DNA of 64,000 nucleotides from an uncultured Nitrososphaerota archaeon (GTDB taxonomy: Archaea > Thermoproteota > Nitrososphaeria > Nitrososphaerales > Nitrosopumilaceae). The position numbers and the translations under genes are program-made. The notes beneath the pieces were generated by a model. That model saw only the letters and a list, made by a program, of their open reading frames with translations, was not told the origin of the DNA and searched no databases. The stretch lies in contig CAWGPD010000003.1 in NCBI GenBank assembly GCA_963824385.1, positions 160,001 to 224,000 on the forward strand, given 5' to 3'. Shown in pieces: positions 1 through 10,576 of this stretch. Position 1 is the first letter of the stretch, and each line of letters begins with the position of its first letter.

Positions 1-1537
1 AGCAAACCAGCAATTAACAGTTAATCATGTAATTGCATTGGCAATTAGTTCCCAGTTGGAAGATGTTGAGACACAAATCGGAGACAGCGCAGTAGACTTG
101 TCTGGTGTCAAGAATCTCTCACCAGACCAAACACATGGTATAATGGAAAACACATTTCAAAACATCCAACACGATTTTCCCGATGAAATTCTTTATCTTT
201 TAGATAAAAACGATATCATAATTGATGGAGTAAATTACGATAACCTGACCTTTAATGATAAAAGTTTAGCATATAGAGCAGATATCAAAGCAATTCATTC
301 CACTTTGAAAGAACAGGTCTCTGATGGTTTTTATGGCGTTGATGGAAAATTCAGAATTGCTGTATCGTATCCTGTTTTTGATACAAACAAGAATCTGATT
401 GGAATTATAGGTGCAAGTACGCCATCTGAACTCTATTTTAGTACACTTGCAAATTCGTCAAACATACAATCACAATTTTTCAATATCTTAGACAAGAACC
501 AGACATATCTTTCAACTCCTAGAAACTTTCTAATTGGCAGTAATTACTTTGGTGATAAAGTTCAATCATATTTTGGAAGAGACAATATACAGAACAAACA
601 GTACAGCACAGTCTTTTCAGGTACTCCATCATCAGCCATCTATAATTTTGGTGGTGAGCGAATCAACACGGGATACCCAGTATATGTAAATGGTGAAAAT
701 CAATATTTTGTCTTTGTTATCACTCCTACAGATTCAATCTACGCACAATCCAATTCTATCTTTTTTTCACAAATTATTGAATTGGGAATAGTTTTTGCAA
801 TAACTTTACTCATCATATTATTTTCCATCAGAAAGAGTATTAATCTAATGAAAAAATTAGAGGAAACAAATGAACACCTACAAAAGGAAAAAGAACAGTC
901 ATCCAAGCTTGCATCAATTGGGGAGAAAATGTCCCAAATGAGCCATAACATGAGAAATCCTCTTCATGTCATAATGATGAATGCAGAACTTGCCAATATG
1001 GCATCAAAAAATGACGGCAATGAAAAGATGATTGAAAAAAGTGAAGCCATCAAAAAGGCAGCAGATTCTATGCTTGCCCAGATAGAAGATCTCATGAATT
1101 TCATAAGAGATGAGACACTAAAATTACAAAAGAAATCACTAAATGAAATTTTAAACGATGCAGCAAGCCTTGTCAAAAAGCCAGATACTATAGAGATACA
1201 ACTTCCAGAAAAAGATATTATTTGTAAATGCGATCCTCACAAGATTCAAGTTGTATTCATGAATCTTTTTACCAATGCCATTGAAGCAATGGAAAACGTT
1301 GGAAAAATAACAGTAAGAACCAAGGAGACGGGCAAAAATGTAATCATAGAAGTAGAGAATTCAGGTGAGAGTATCTCCTCTGATGTAATGCCTAGAATTT
1401 TTGACCCGTTATTTACCACTAAAAAAAGAGGTACAGGCTTGGGACTGCCATATTGTAAAAATGTTATAGAACAGCATGGTGGAACAATATCTGTAAATCC
1501 CAATCCAACTGTCTTTACAATAACGCTGCCAAAATAA
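1..1537 (+). CDS. Membrane sensor histidine kinase (extracellular Cache-like domain, TM, HisKA, HATPase); 5' end runs off the window
   Basis: H-box SHNMRNPL, N-box NLFTNAIEAM, G-boxes FDPLFTTK-GTGLGL; TM helix before the kinase; frame is open from base 2 to the ORF-track start at 38. Confidence 0.9.
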   Translation, partial: ANQQLTVNHVIALAISSQLEDVETQIGDSAVDLSGVKNLSPDQTHGIMENTFQNIQHDFPDEILYLLDKNDIIIDGVNYDNLTFNDKSLAYRADIKAIHSTLKEQVSDGFYGVDGKFRIAVSYPVFDTNKNLIGIIGASTPSELYFSTLANSSNIQSQFFNILDKNQTYLSTPRNFLIGSNYFGDKVQSYFGRDNIQNKQYSTVFSGTPSSAIYNFGGERINTGYPVYVNGENQYFVFVITPTDSIYAQSNSIFFSQIIELGIVFAITLLIILFSIRKSINLMKKLEETNEHLQKEKEQSSKLASIGEKMSQMSHNMRNPLHVIMMNAELANMASKNDGNEKMIEKSEAIKKAADSMLAQIEDLMNFIRDETLKLQKKSLNEILNDAASLVKKPDTIEIQLPEKDIICKCDPHKIQVVFMNLFTNAIEAMENVGKITVRTKETGKNVIIEVENSGESISSDVMPRIFDPLFTTKKRGTGLGLPYCKNVIEQHGGTISVNPNPTVFTITLPK

Positions 1538-1605
1538 TCATTATGCTATAATTCAAAATACTAGTCTTGAACAACTTACCACAGCGTTTGAGTTAAATCC
1601 AGATT

Positions 1606-2565
1606 TTATTTTTTAACGTAAAGTGCATTCTGATCTTTATCATATCCAAGATCTGCCATGGTGATAACCCTAAATCCATTGTCATGGAGATAATTCATCT
1701 CCTGGGCAAACAAGCTAACATCAGTGTTATAGTCTGATGACTTGAAATCAACATTATGGTATGCAATGACTGGAAATGCTACCATCGTTCCATGCTTGTT
1801 TAGTATTGTTGCTTGATTTACTTCCCCAACAAATGTATTGAATATGCTCTTGTCGTCATGAGCGTATAGTATGTCATAATAATTATGATCCCACATTCTT
1901 ATAGAATACCTGTTGGCAAAAGTCAACTTGCCGTCATCAGAATATGTCCTACAATCTGTCTGATTTGAAAATGTCTGCCACCCATCACAATGCAGATACA
2001 TCTCAGGGGCATATCCATCTCTTGCAAAAGAATAGTATTTTGATACTATATTCACTATTGTCTTATTGTTCCAGATATTTCCATAAGGTGAGGCAAAGAT
2101 TGTCGTATTGATGTTATGTTGAGCAAAGCCTTTCTGAGAACCTCCTATTTCATAATCAAGCTCTGACACGGACATCTTTGTCAAGTCCTGATGGTCCATG
2201 GTATGTGATTCTATATCATAGCCGTTCTTTTGCAATGTTGCAATGTCATCCCATGTCATCCTGGTATTGTCTTGACCCAAAAAGTCATAGACTGAAAAAA
2301 ATGTCGCTTTAAAACCGCATTGGTCCATTATTGGTACCGCATAAGAGAACTGGCTCTTTCTGCTGTCATCAAATGTTAAAATTATAACTTTGGAATAATC
2401 AGTTGAAGCATTGCTGTTCTTACATGTGTGGGATAGTATGTTGGCAAGATTTTTTCCAGAATTATAATTATCAATAATCTGCAAGGGATTTATTAGAACC
2501 ACAATTATTCCAGCTGCAATTATAATTACAATCAAGATCTTGTTGGCAATTTCATAATTTAACAC
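1606..2565 (-). CDS. Polysaccharide deacetylase (CE4/NodB family), N-terminal membrane anchor
   Basis: LTFDD motif 1, SHTMDH metal motif, ASPYG motif 3. Confidence 0.88.
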   Translation of the reverse strand: MLNYEIANKILIVIIIAAGIIVVLINPLQIIDNYNSGKNLANILSHTCKNSNASTDYSKVIILTFDDSRKSQFSYAVPIMDQCGFKATFFSVYDFLGQDNTRMTWDDIATLQKNGYDIESHTMDHQDLTKMSVSELDYEIGGSQKGFAQHNINTTIFASPYGNIWNNKTIVNIVSKYYSFARDGYAPEMYLHCDGWQTFSNQTDCRTYSDDGKLTFANRYSIRMWDHNYYDILYAHDDKSIFNTFVGEVNQATILNKHGTMVAFPVIAYHNVDFKSSDYNTDVSLFAQEMNYLHDNGFRVITMADLGYDKDQNALYVKK

Positions 2566-2653
2566 AAATACGCAATTTGTTTTGGCATTAAAATTTCTTT
2601 ATGCCCAAGATTTGGTAATCTCCTAAAATGTTTTTTTAACTTGCAGACGTATG

Positions 2654-2878
2654 TTAGTGATATGTCCAAATGTTGCCTGCGTGAATACTTGATACTGTAT
2701 ACTTTGTATTATGTAATGAACCTTTTTGAACCGAGAGATATTTTGTTTTCATAGTGCCATCAGAGTTTAACCAATTATGTGGCATTCCTTTTGCCTCTGC
2801 AGAATGTATCAAGAAATGACTCCCAGTACCTACTACTGGGACAAGTATGGCAAGACTTGTAATTATTGTCTTATTCAT
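2654..2878 (-). CDS. Small secreted hypothetical protein
   Basis: 74 aa with signal-peptide-like N-terminus ending in AEA. Confidence 0.55.
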   Translation of the reverse strand: MNKTIITSLAILVPVVGTGSHFLIHSAEAKGMPHNWLNSDGTMKTKYLSVQKGSLHNTKYTVSSIHAGNIWTYH

Positions 2879-2957
2879 GGTTATTGTACATTATAATTAC
2901 AGATATTTCCATGCGTGTACGACATGAACATGTAAGATTCAATTTTTACTTGGTATT

Positions 2958-2972
2958 GAAAATCTTTAAGAT
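2958..2972 (+). promoter_or_regulatory. BRE-TATA promoter GAAAATCTTTAAGAT, identical copy at 3393-3407
   Basis: Both copies start exactly 36 nt before a start codon (2994 and 3429). Confidence 0.65.
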
Positions 2973-2993
2973 CAATTATATCTATATCATAAT

Positions 2994-3131
2994 GTGGATG
3001 ACAATGAAAAAGAATTCAAGTGTAAGGAATGCGGTACGATATTTAATGACCGGGAGCATTTTGAGAGGCATAAACAAGTACACAAGACAAAACATAGTGG
3101 ATTTGTGCAAAAATGGTATTGGGACAACTGA
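2994..3131 (+). CDS. 45-aa C2H2 zinc-finger protein (not in ORF track)
   Basis: GTG start; MDDNEKEFKCKECGTIFNDREHFERHKQVH matches F-x-C-x2-C-x3-F-x8-H-x3-H; promoter upstream. Confidence 0.8.
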   Translation: MDDNEKEFKCKECGTIFNDREHFERHKQVHKTKHSGFVQKWYWDN

Positions 3132-3428
3132 TTATACTTGAAATATCTTAAGGAAATTTTTCTCATACATAATAGCAGTTTTTAATAATTAACAAAAGCT
3201 TGTTTGGAAAATACAAACCATTATGCAAATACAAGTTATCTGTTGTATATGACGAACATCGTAATATGTGCCATCACGGGGTACAAGTTAATCAGTCTCT
3301 AGAGTCTGTGCAAGAGATTGCTTAACTATACCTAATTTTTTCAATTATGCATAAAGAAATTTCCTAACACCTTTGAGTTAGATGTGTGATTGGAAAATCT
3401 TTAAGATTGTAATCCCAGAAATGAGACT

Positions 3429-4025
3429 ATGGATGAAAAACTAGTCAGCATTATAGCAGTAATTGCCATAGTGGGAATTGCAAGTATATTGATAATACCT
3501 CAAGTACCTCACTCCTCACATGTGACTAGCGTGCCTGTTCCAAAGGCAGTACCTGCGTCTATTCCAGCACAAACACCTCCCAAAGTAACACAGCCAACTA
3601 TGCCCACATTAACATCTCAAGAGTTTGAAGACAGGCTTACACAGATTCAAGCCGGACTTGCAAACGGAACTCAGAATTTGGACATGTATTTGACACAATA
3701 CAAAGAGGGAAAAATCTCAAAAGAGCAGATGCTCAATATGACTGATAGGCACATATCGATAATGCAAAACATTCTTCCACAATATGACAGGCTAAACCCG
3801 CCAGAACTTTTCAAACAGTCATTACAGTTGTTCCGACTTTCTACACAGATGGAGATTGCAAGTGACAAGGCACTAAGAGAATGGGTTGTAACAGGAGATA
3901 ATGCAACATATGCCAAGTCAGACCAGTTGTTGCAACAGTCATTCCAGTACGAGACAAATGCACTCCAGTCTTATAATGATGCACTCAATGGAAATGATAT
4001 AATGGATTCCTTGCCAGTTGTATGA
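3429..4025 (+). CDS. Membrane-anchored helical hypothetical protein with Pro-rich linker
   Basis: N-terminal TM, P/T-rich stalk; resembles 56055..56555. Confidence 0.75.
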   Translation: MDEKLVSIIAVIAIVGIASILIIPQVPHSSHVTSVPVPKAVPASIPAQTPPKVTQPTMPTLTSQEFEDRLTQIQAGLANGTQNLDMYLTQYKEGKISKEQMLNMTDRHISIMQNILPQYDRLNPPELFKQSLQLFRLSTQMEIASDKALREWVVTGDNATYAKSDQLLQQSFQYETNALQSYNDALNGNDIMDSLPVV

Positions 4026-4307
4026 GATAAAATCAAGTTTTACAAATCTGATATCTTGCAATACTCATCATACTTCCTTTTGAGTTAGATCAAATTTGGA
4101 TTCAAAAGACTAGCATACTCGATCGGTTATGTCCTAAGGAGTTTTTCCTTAGAACACGAACCGTTTTCGTGTGCAGTATTAGAGTCTGCACAAGTAATTG
4201 TACTACACAAATACAAAAGACCATGTCTGTTTATAATAAAATCAATGGAATTTATTCAGAATTTCATTATAGCAAGTCTTATGAGCTAATACGTCAATGG
4301 GCTTTGG

Positions 4308-4595
4308 ATGGTCTCTATTGATGAAGATAACAAGACTGCGTTTATAGTTTGTATCGAGGTGGTCTTGATGAAAAGAGGAGATGCCCACTATAATCTGGTA
4401 CTAGCTAAACTCAGGGCTCGCTATGACTGTGGGATTCACGAATGTGTAGATCGTCCCGAATACTTGAAGGCTGTAATGAAAGATGTATACAAAGACAAGT
4501 ACAATGATGTTTTAGATGCATTAAGTCTTGAAAGTGAAAAGCTGGAAGATATAGATGAATTCAAGGATGAATTTTTCAAATTTATGAAGAACTAA
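4308..4595 (+). CDS. Small thaumarchaeal protein, probably a stand-alone NitrOD5-like signalling output domain
   Basis: Y-x-C-x4-C-x3-PEYL pattern; family name recalled, not searched. Confidence 0.55.
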   Translation: MVSIDEDNKTAFIVCIEVVLMKRGDAHYNLVLAKLRARYDCGIHECVDRPEYLKAVMKDVYKDKYNDVLDALSLESEKLEDIDEFKDEFFKFMKN

Positions 4596-4610
4596 TTATT
4601 GTGATTATAG

Positions 4611-4889
4611 TCACTTCATACTGCTGACAAGCATTATGAGCAGTGCACTAGCCACTATTGCAGCTGACCACGGTACAGGACCATAGTATTTTTTCCCAAG
4701 TTTTCCTTTTTTGGTGTTAAAGACCATCCATATCAAAAATGGAACAATCCAAAATATGGATGAAGAATGAGCAGTCTTCAATATCTCATAATTTACAAAA
4801 AATATACAAGCAACAGATGCAACTGCAACAAGTGTAACTATACCAAAATGCTTCTTGTTCCAAGGCACTAGATTGCTATCTGACTTCAT
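4611..4889 (-). CDS. Small 3-TM membrane protein
   Basis: Three hydrophobic segments in 92 aa. Confidence 0.6.
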   Translation of the reverse strand: MKSDSNLVPWNKKHFGIVTLVAVASVACIFFVNYEILKTAHSSSIFWIVPFLIWMVFNTKKGKLGKKYYGPVPWSAAIVASALLIMLVSSMK

Positions 4890-4981
4890 ACTCTAGTAAA
4901 ATTATTCCATACTATAACACATTCGGTTAGCCTATCTTTTTTTACTAGACATCTTAAGTCCTAATTATAACAATTTAGTCC

Positions 4982-5047
4982 ATGAGCAAAACATCAAACA
5001 AAGCAAAGAAAAGAAAAAAAGAGCAAGATAAAGCCAAATCGAAATAA
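4982..5047 (+). CDS. Putative 21-aa Lys-rich peptide MSKTSNKAKKRKKEQDKAKSK
   Basis: ATG..TAA; TATA-like CTTAAG about 25 nt upstream. Confidence 0.35.
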   Translation: MSKTSNKAKKRKKEQDKAKSK

Positions 5048-5226
5048 TTCTCTTACCAATGCAGCGATCTGCAAAGGTTTGCTACTGTACACTTTGATCT
5101 AGTAATTTGCTTGAAAAGCATGTTTTTTCAGACTATATCATTAGATTTATCATTAAAAAATTCTAGCAAAAAGGCAACAATTAGCGACTAACTTAGTATA
5201 ATGACTTGAGATGTGCCTAAACCAGT

Positions 5227-5352
5227 ATGGCAAAAAGATCACACGCATCTTATGTAGCAGCAGGAAAGAAGTCTGCAAAGAAAAGAACTCATGCATCTTA
5301 TGTAGCAGCAGGAAAGAAAGGTGCAAAGACTAGAAAAAGAAACGGTAACTAG
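5227..5352 (+). CDS. 41-aa basic protein made of two 16-aa repeats (KR[ST]HASYVAAGKK[SG]AK)
   Basis: ATG..TAG; in-frame 48-nt direct repeat; stop abuts the convergent gene. Confidence 0.7.
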   Translation: MAKRSHASYVAAGKKSAKKRTHASYVAAGKKGAKTRKRNGN

Positions 5353-5353
5353 A

Positions 5354-5701
5354 TTATTTTAATGCGTTTCTAATATTTTTTATTATATCTAACGAAGCCT
5401 CAGGCGACCATGTTAGTAATAACATGTACCTGTCCCCAATAGGCATTGTTAGTCTACAGAGATTGTCATATACTGCAAGCACATAATGATTTTTCCCAAG
5501 CTTGGCACTTAGCTTCTCCCGAACCTTCATTGCATTGATTGCATAAATTACTGCTTCCCTATGTTCGTCTTCGTTGAGTAAAGGTTTGACACCTTCTCGG
5601 ATTTGTGTTGCAAGCACTTGCCCCTCCATGTCGCAGACTGTAGCATAACGTATGCGCTCATCTGACTTCATGACTAAACCTAGCATCTCTTGTGCACTCA
5701 T
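5354..5701 (-). CDS. Roadblock/profilin-like small protein (thaumarchaeal DUF6659-like)
   Basis: IRYATVCDMEG...REGVKPLL...LGK..Y pattern; start placed at MSAQEM. Confidence 0.65.
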   Translation of the reverse strand: MSAQEMLGLVMKSDERIRYATVCDMEGQVLATQIREGVKPLLNEDEHREAVIYAINAMKVREKLSAKLGKNHYVLAVYDNLCRLTMPIGDRYMLLLTWSPEASLDIIKNIRNALK

Positions 5702-5799
5702 TGGTATAGATATGATACAGTGGAATAAAAACAACATGCCACTTCTAATCCAAAAAGACAATACGAAATTTTAATAATTTTGGCATAGCATGAAACTCA

Positions 5800-6877
5800 T
5801 TGCCTGTTGACATTCCAAGAACGATCAACCGAGTAGGAAAATGGTCCTTAAACAGGCTAGTGGGAAAAAGAAGGCCAATTATTGGTGTCTTTAGCCTGAC
5901 TCACTATTGCAATTATTTCTGTCCCATGTGTCCGTTTGGGGATTCTGACAAACAAGGACAATTAAAGACTGCAGCCAAAAATGACCTGACAACAGACCAG
6001 TGGAAAAATATATTTGATAAAGTATCAGAGTACTGCATCTGGTGTATTGTAGAAGGCGGAGAGCCAACTAGCCGCCCTGACTTTATGCAATTAATCCGTC
6101 ATCTGTATTCATTAAAGATGCCAGTGACTCTGATCACAAACTGTTCATTATTACATACTATAGATATTGATGAACTAAAAAAATACATCCAGTTTATTAC
6201 ATGCAGTATTGATTCTGTTTTTGAAGAACCATACTGCAAGGTCAGAGGTGTTACGCCTCAGACATATCGTAAAGTAATGGATAATCTAAAAATGCTAACA
6301 GCGCATGATGTACCCCATTACTTTAATTCTGTTATAACGAAATACAACACTCAAGAATTTCTTGACGGAACATATTTTGCAAAGACAAAAGAACTTGGAG
6401 TAAGTGCAGTGTCTCTAACATTTGTTGAAGACCGCTCTGATGTTAATTACTCATTACTTCCAGACCGAGACACGATAAACAAAATCTGTATATCTGTAAT
6501 AGAGCACATCAAATCAAGACAAGACCCTCAGATCATGCTTCCAGTACAATACTTTGAACAGATTCTAGAACATGGAAGGGGCGTCTTTGATGAGTGCGGA
6601 GTATGGAAGAGCATATTTGTAAATGGTAACGGCACTGTAATGGTTCCCTGCTGGAAGTATAACGATCCAAAAAATACTTACAGACTTGCTTGAAAAAAGT
6701 GTTGCAGAGATCTGGGATGCTCCCCAGTGGGATATTGCAAAGACATGTCATGACTGTCAGGTACTTGGCTGCATATGGTATTCATCCCAGCCAACTACTA
6801 CATTTGCCCAGAACTACATGCGGGGGCTATCCAAGATGATAAGCAGACATGCCCCTGAAATTTCTAAAGATATCTAG
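5800..6877 (+). CDS. Radical SAM/SPASM protein, apparent +1 frameshift near 6684
   Basis: CNYFCPMC, GGEP and C-terminal Cys cluster (C...VMVPC...CHDCQVLGC) split over two ORFs; removing a6684 joins them. Confidence 0.85.
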
Positions 6878-7018
6878 GAATTATATCTTCAAGTAAAAAT
6901 TGACGGATGGCAATTTGTTCAGTGTTTGATTGTACAGGACAAGCAGGCACATATTGGTATTTTTGATCAATTCCAGCTTGAACAAAAATTGGAATTTGAC
7001 TCGTGGAGAGGCTCCTAA

Positions 7019-9034
7019 TTGGCTACAACGCCCGGCATGGACAAAAAACGTATCCTTGATGATAAACCAACGACTGGTGAAAATTTATCCCAAATCCAAT
7101 CTGAGCAGATTGAAAAAAAATATCATGATCTGTATGAAAATATACCATGTCTGTTGCGCTCTGTAACACTAGATGGAATTATCTTTTCATGCAACGAATT
7201 ATACCTACAAACTCTAGGATACAAAAGAGACGAAGTTATTGGAAGATCAGTCTTTGAGCATACTGCAAAACAGAGCATAATTGCATTGCAAGAAGAGATT
7301 GTAAATTGGAAAAAGACTGAAAAAATTTCTAATAGGGAGATCTGGATGCAGAAAAAAGATGGCACTATATTTCCAGTTGTACTAAACGGAACAAATCTTT
7401 ATGACAAGGCTAGTAAACTAATTGGAAGAACCGGTGCCTTAGTTGATCTCTCTGAAATTTATAATGCAAGACAAGTAATAGAACAAGAACAAGATGTTAT
7501 ACAAAAACAATTTGAGCAGCTAAGAAAAGCGCACAAGAGTTTAAAAGAGACAGAGCACAAGTACAGAAATTTATATGAAAACTCACCAGATCTTTTGCGA
7601 ACAATAGATGCTGATGGAATAATTCTTGACTGTAACAACTCTTATTGTAAAAAACTAGGATATGAAAAAAATGAAGTTATAGGAAAATCTGTCTATGATT
7701 TTGTATCTCCTTCAAGTTATGACGCATTTAGAGATTCATTTGAGACCTGGAAGACAACTGGCAAGGTATCAAACAAGATTGCCTGGTTTAAAAGAAAAGA
7801 CGGCACAATATTTCCAGGCCTGATTAGTGCCAAGAATTTGTATGATGAGAATAAAAAACTCGTTGGAAGCAACACCAACATCAGAGATGCAACAGAGATT
7901 TACAATATTAGAAAGAACTTGGAGGAAAATGAAAAGAAACTTCAATTACAAAATGATAAACTCACAATTGCATATGATCACCTCTCAGAAATAGAGCAAA
8001 GGTATAGGACTCTATACGAGCAATCCCCTGATCTTGTAAGAACAATTGACATGAACGAGGTCATAACTGATTGTAATGAAAAATATGCTACTGCAACAGG
8101 TTACCCAAGAGACGAGATTGTAGGAAAATCACTATTTGAGCATCTTGCAAGGAGAAGCTACGAAGATATGAGACAAGCCTTGGAGGAGTTTCACCGTACT
8201 GGACATATCAACAATAGAGAGATATGGATACAAAGAAAAGATGGCTCTGAATTTCCAACACTACTTTTATCAACTAATCTTTATGACAAGGATGGTAAAC
8301 TGTGCGGGCGTATTGGAAATCTAAGAGATATGTCTGAAATATATTTTACGAAAAAAGAGCTTGAAGAACAAAAGATCAAGCGACTAACTGCAATAGGTGA
8401 ACTTTCTGCAAGAGTTGCCCACGATCTTAGAAATCCGCTTTCAATTTTATTAAATACAATTGCAATAATGAAACTAAAAAATCCAGAATTTGAGAAAAAT
8501 AATAAAGAAAAATTTGAGAGAATTGACCGCTCGATAAAAAGAATGTCACATCAATTAGAAGAAGTTATGGACTATGTTACACCAAAACCTCTGGACCTTA
8601 AAAATTCATCATTGGTTGAAATTATAAAATCTGCGCTTTCTAATGTCTCAACTACCGAAGTCCAAGTGGAAATGCCTGAAAATGATATGTCCATGTTATG
8701 TGACTCTGAAAAATTAGAAATAGTTCTGACTAATCTTATACTAAACGCAGTTCAGGCCATGAAAAACTCGGGAAAAATTTTCATTAGAATAAACAAAGAG
8801 CAAATAGATCAAAATAGTTTTGCTGTTATTGAAGTAGAAGATACAGGTCCTGGAATACCTGATGAAGTTTTACCCAAGGTGTTTGATCCGTTATTTACTA
8901 CAAGACAAGTAGGTACTGGCTTGGGACTGGTAAGTTGTAAAAGCATAATGGAAAAGCATGGTGGAACAATCTCAATCAAGACCAAAGTTGGAGAGGGTAC
9001 GACCTTTATCATAAAAATACCTATTCCCAAATAG
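7019..9034 (+). CDS. Cytoplasmic histidine kinase with three PAS-PAC domains
   Basis: Three repeats of Y..LYE..P...GY..DEVIG.S...KDG..FP; AHDLRNPL; NAVQAM; DTGPGI; GTGLGL. Confidence 0.93.
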   Translation: MATTPGMDKKRILDDKPTTGENLSQIQSEQIEKKYHDLYENIPCLLRSVTLDGIIFSCNELYLQTLGYKRDEVIGRSVFEHTAKQSIIALQEEIVNWKKTEKISNREIWMQKKDGTIFPVVLNGTNLYDKASKLIGRTGALVDLSEIYNARQVIEQEQDVIQKQFEQLRKAHKSLKETEHKYRNLYENSPDLLRTIDADGIILDCNNSYCKKLGYEKNEVIGKSVYDFVSPSSYDAFRDSFETWKTTGKVSNKIAWFKRKDGTIFPGLISAKNLYDENKKLVGSNTNIRDATEIYNIRKNLEENEKKLQLQNDKLTIAYDHLSEIEQRYRTLYEQSPDLVRTIDMNEVITDCNEKYATATGYPRDEIVGKSLFEHLARRSYEDMRQALEEFHRTGHINNREIWIQRKDGSEFPTLLLSTNLYDKDGKLCGRIGNLRDMSEIYFTKKELEEQKIKRLTAIGELSARVAHDLRNPLSILLNTIAIMKLKNPEFEKNNKEKFERIDRSIKRMSHQLEEVMDYVTPKPLDLKNSSLVEIIKSALSNVSTTEVQVEMPENDMSMLCDSEKLEIVLTNLILNAVQAMKNSGKIFIRINKEQIDQNSFAVIEVEDTGPGIPDEVLPKVFDPLFTTRQVGTGLGLVSCKSIMEKHGGTISIKTKVGEGTTFIIKIPIPK

Positions 9035-9129
9035 GTAGAAACAAAATTATTTTCCAGTCTTTCAAATTCAAAAGATCTGGAAGAGATTTGGAACAAGTCT
9101 TAACTATAAAATTCAAGTCTATGAGTATA

Positions 9130-10434
9130 ATGACATACAAAACTCGTAGCTTGGCAGTTCTTTTGATTCTGCCGTTGCTTTCCATGTCTGCAATAACTGG
9201 CTTTATTCCGTCTGTAAATGCACTAACTCAGAGAGACTTGAGCATACTGAACGACCAACCTCTTACTGCAACATTTGGAAACACTCCGGTATGTGGAGAT
9301 CACATATGCAACCAAGGTGAATCTGCCATGATGAAACTTGAACTCAGCCAAGCACAGAAAGGAAAAACATCTACTACAATGCCTGAACAAATGATGAGCC
9401 AAAATTCATCCATGTCAAATGAAATGTCAAACTCTATGACAATGCAGTCAGACCAGGGCATGACTTTAAAGTTATCAAACGCAAATCTCCCAATTGTTAT
9501 TCCATTGGTCAAGGGATTGTTTGAAGGACAAGATGTATTCTATATAACAACTGAGGCGTCTGATTCGACAATAGCAAGTGCACTATCTAACTTCACAAAC
9601 TTTCCTGTAACATTTGCACCTGCATTAGGAAAGGCACCAACTACCTCACTTGCAAATATCTATGCATTCAAAAATGGAATCAATGGAGGAGGCGTGCTAG
9701 GATTTCAGCCAAATGTTGTTGATTCAATTCCAGGACAGGCAAATTATAGTCCACTATGGAAGATAAATCTTGTACAATGGAATGATCCAACAAACGCAAC
9801 AGTTCTTGGCTCTGAAAGTGATATCATGAATGCATTTAATGCAGGAAAGCTAACAATCATGCCAACAACAATAGTTGTCAATTGTCCAATTGTACAGTGG
9901 GGTGGAAGCATGGATGGAACTATTCCAGCAGGTCACATGAAATTACGCGACAGTATAAGCGAGTCTGGCTCTTACGGAAGTGCCCAAGTGTTAAACATAG
10001 ACATTGACAAGATGCAGGTAACTTTTGTAGCTCATAGGGGATTTGCACCCGACGGTTCTACAATTTACTATGTTGCAACTGATGCATCACAAGAGGGTCC
10101 AGCAGATGCACTTGGAATTGTATTTGCAAACAAGACTCAAAATACGATTGCAACAAGTTCAGCAGCTGATCTATATCAATTTTCTAACGGTATAGTTGGT
10201 AGCGGACCTCTTGGATTTCAATCAGGAGTAGCAAGTGCAAAAGAGGGAGACCAGTACTATTCCCCGATGTGGAGAATACAGGTGGTTACATGGAAAGACC
10301 CAACGATGGCAACCGTGCTTGAAAACACTCACGACTTGACAAGCAAAAGTGATCTAACGGATACAATGGCGGCAGGCTTTGTTGTCAACTGTCCATTCTT
10401 TAGCGTAGATACTGTGTATGCTCACATGAAGTGA
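9130..10434 (+). CDS. Secreted protein with Met-rich linker and two internal repeats (YSP[LM]W...VVNCP)
   Basis: Signal peptide, CGDHIC motif, M/S-rich stretch, duplicated ~150-aa domain. Confidence 0.8.
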   Translation: MTYKTRSLAVLLILPLLSMSAITGFIPSVNALTQRDLSILNDQPLTATFGNTPVCGDHICNQGESAMMKLELSQAQKGKTSTTMPEQMMSQNSSMSNEMSNSMTMQSDQGMTLKLSNANLPIVIPLVKGLFEGQDVFYITTEASDSTIASALSNFTNFPVTFAPALGKAPTTSLANIYAFKNGINGGGVLGFQPNVVDSIPGQANYSPLWKINLVQWNDPTNATVLGSESDIMNAFNAGKLTIMPTTIVVNCPIVQWGGSMDGTIPAGHMKLRDSISESGSYGSAQVLNIDIDKMQVTFVAHRGFAPDGSTIYYVATDASQEGPADALGIVFANKTQNTIATSSAADLYQFSNGIVGSGPLGFQSGVASAKEGDQYYSPMWRIQVVTWKDPTMATVLENTHDLTSKSDLTDTMAAGFVVNCPFFSVDTVYAHMK

Positions 10435-10576
10435 GGTACACTTTCTCTTTTTTATTTTAGAACGTCTAGAAATAATTTATCTATTTTTTACTTTGACATG
10501 TATATACTCTATACCTGAGAATCAGACTAGAATATCTACTTGATAATTTATAACTTGAAATCACCATTATTTCCCC

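Noticed and set aside
1606..2565. Circular permutation of the polysaccharide deacetylase
   Set aside because: The YH motif at the C-terminus matches the ordinary CE4 motif order
2866..3141. ORF-track 91-aa ORF
   Set aside because: Spans a promoter and overlaps the better-supported C2H2 finger in another frame
6878..7018. Frame stays open after the radical SAM TAG up to the kinase start (read-through or pyrrolysine idea)
   Set aside because: The extension has no recognisable motif, ends in TAA, and no pyl genes are visible; chance is sufficient
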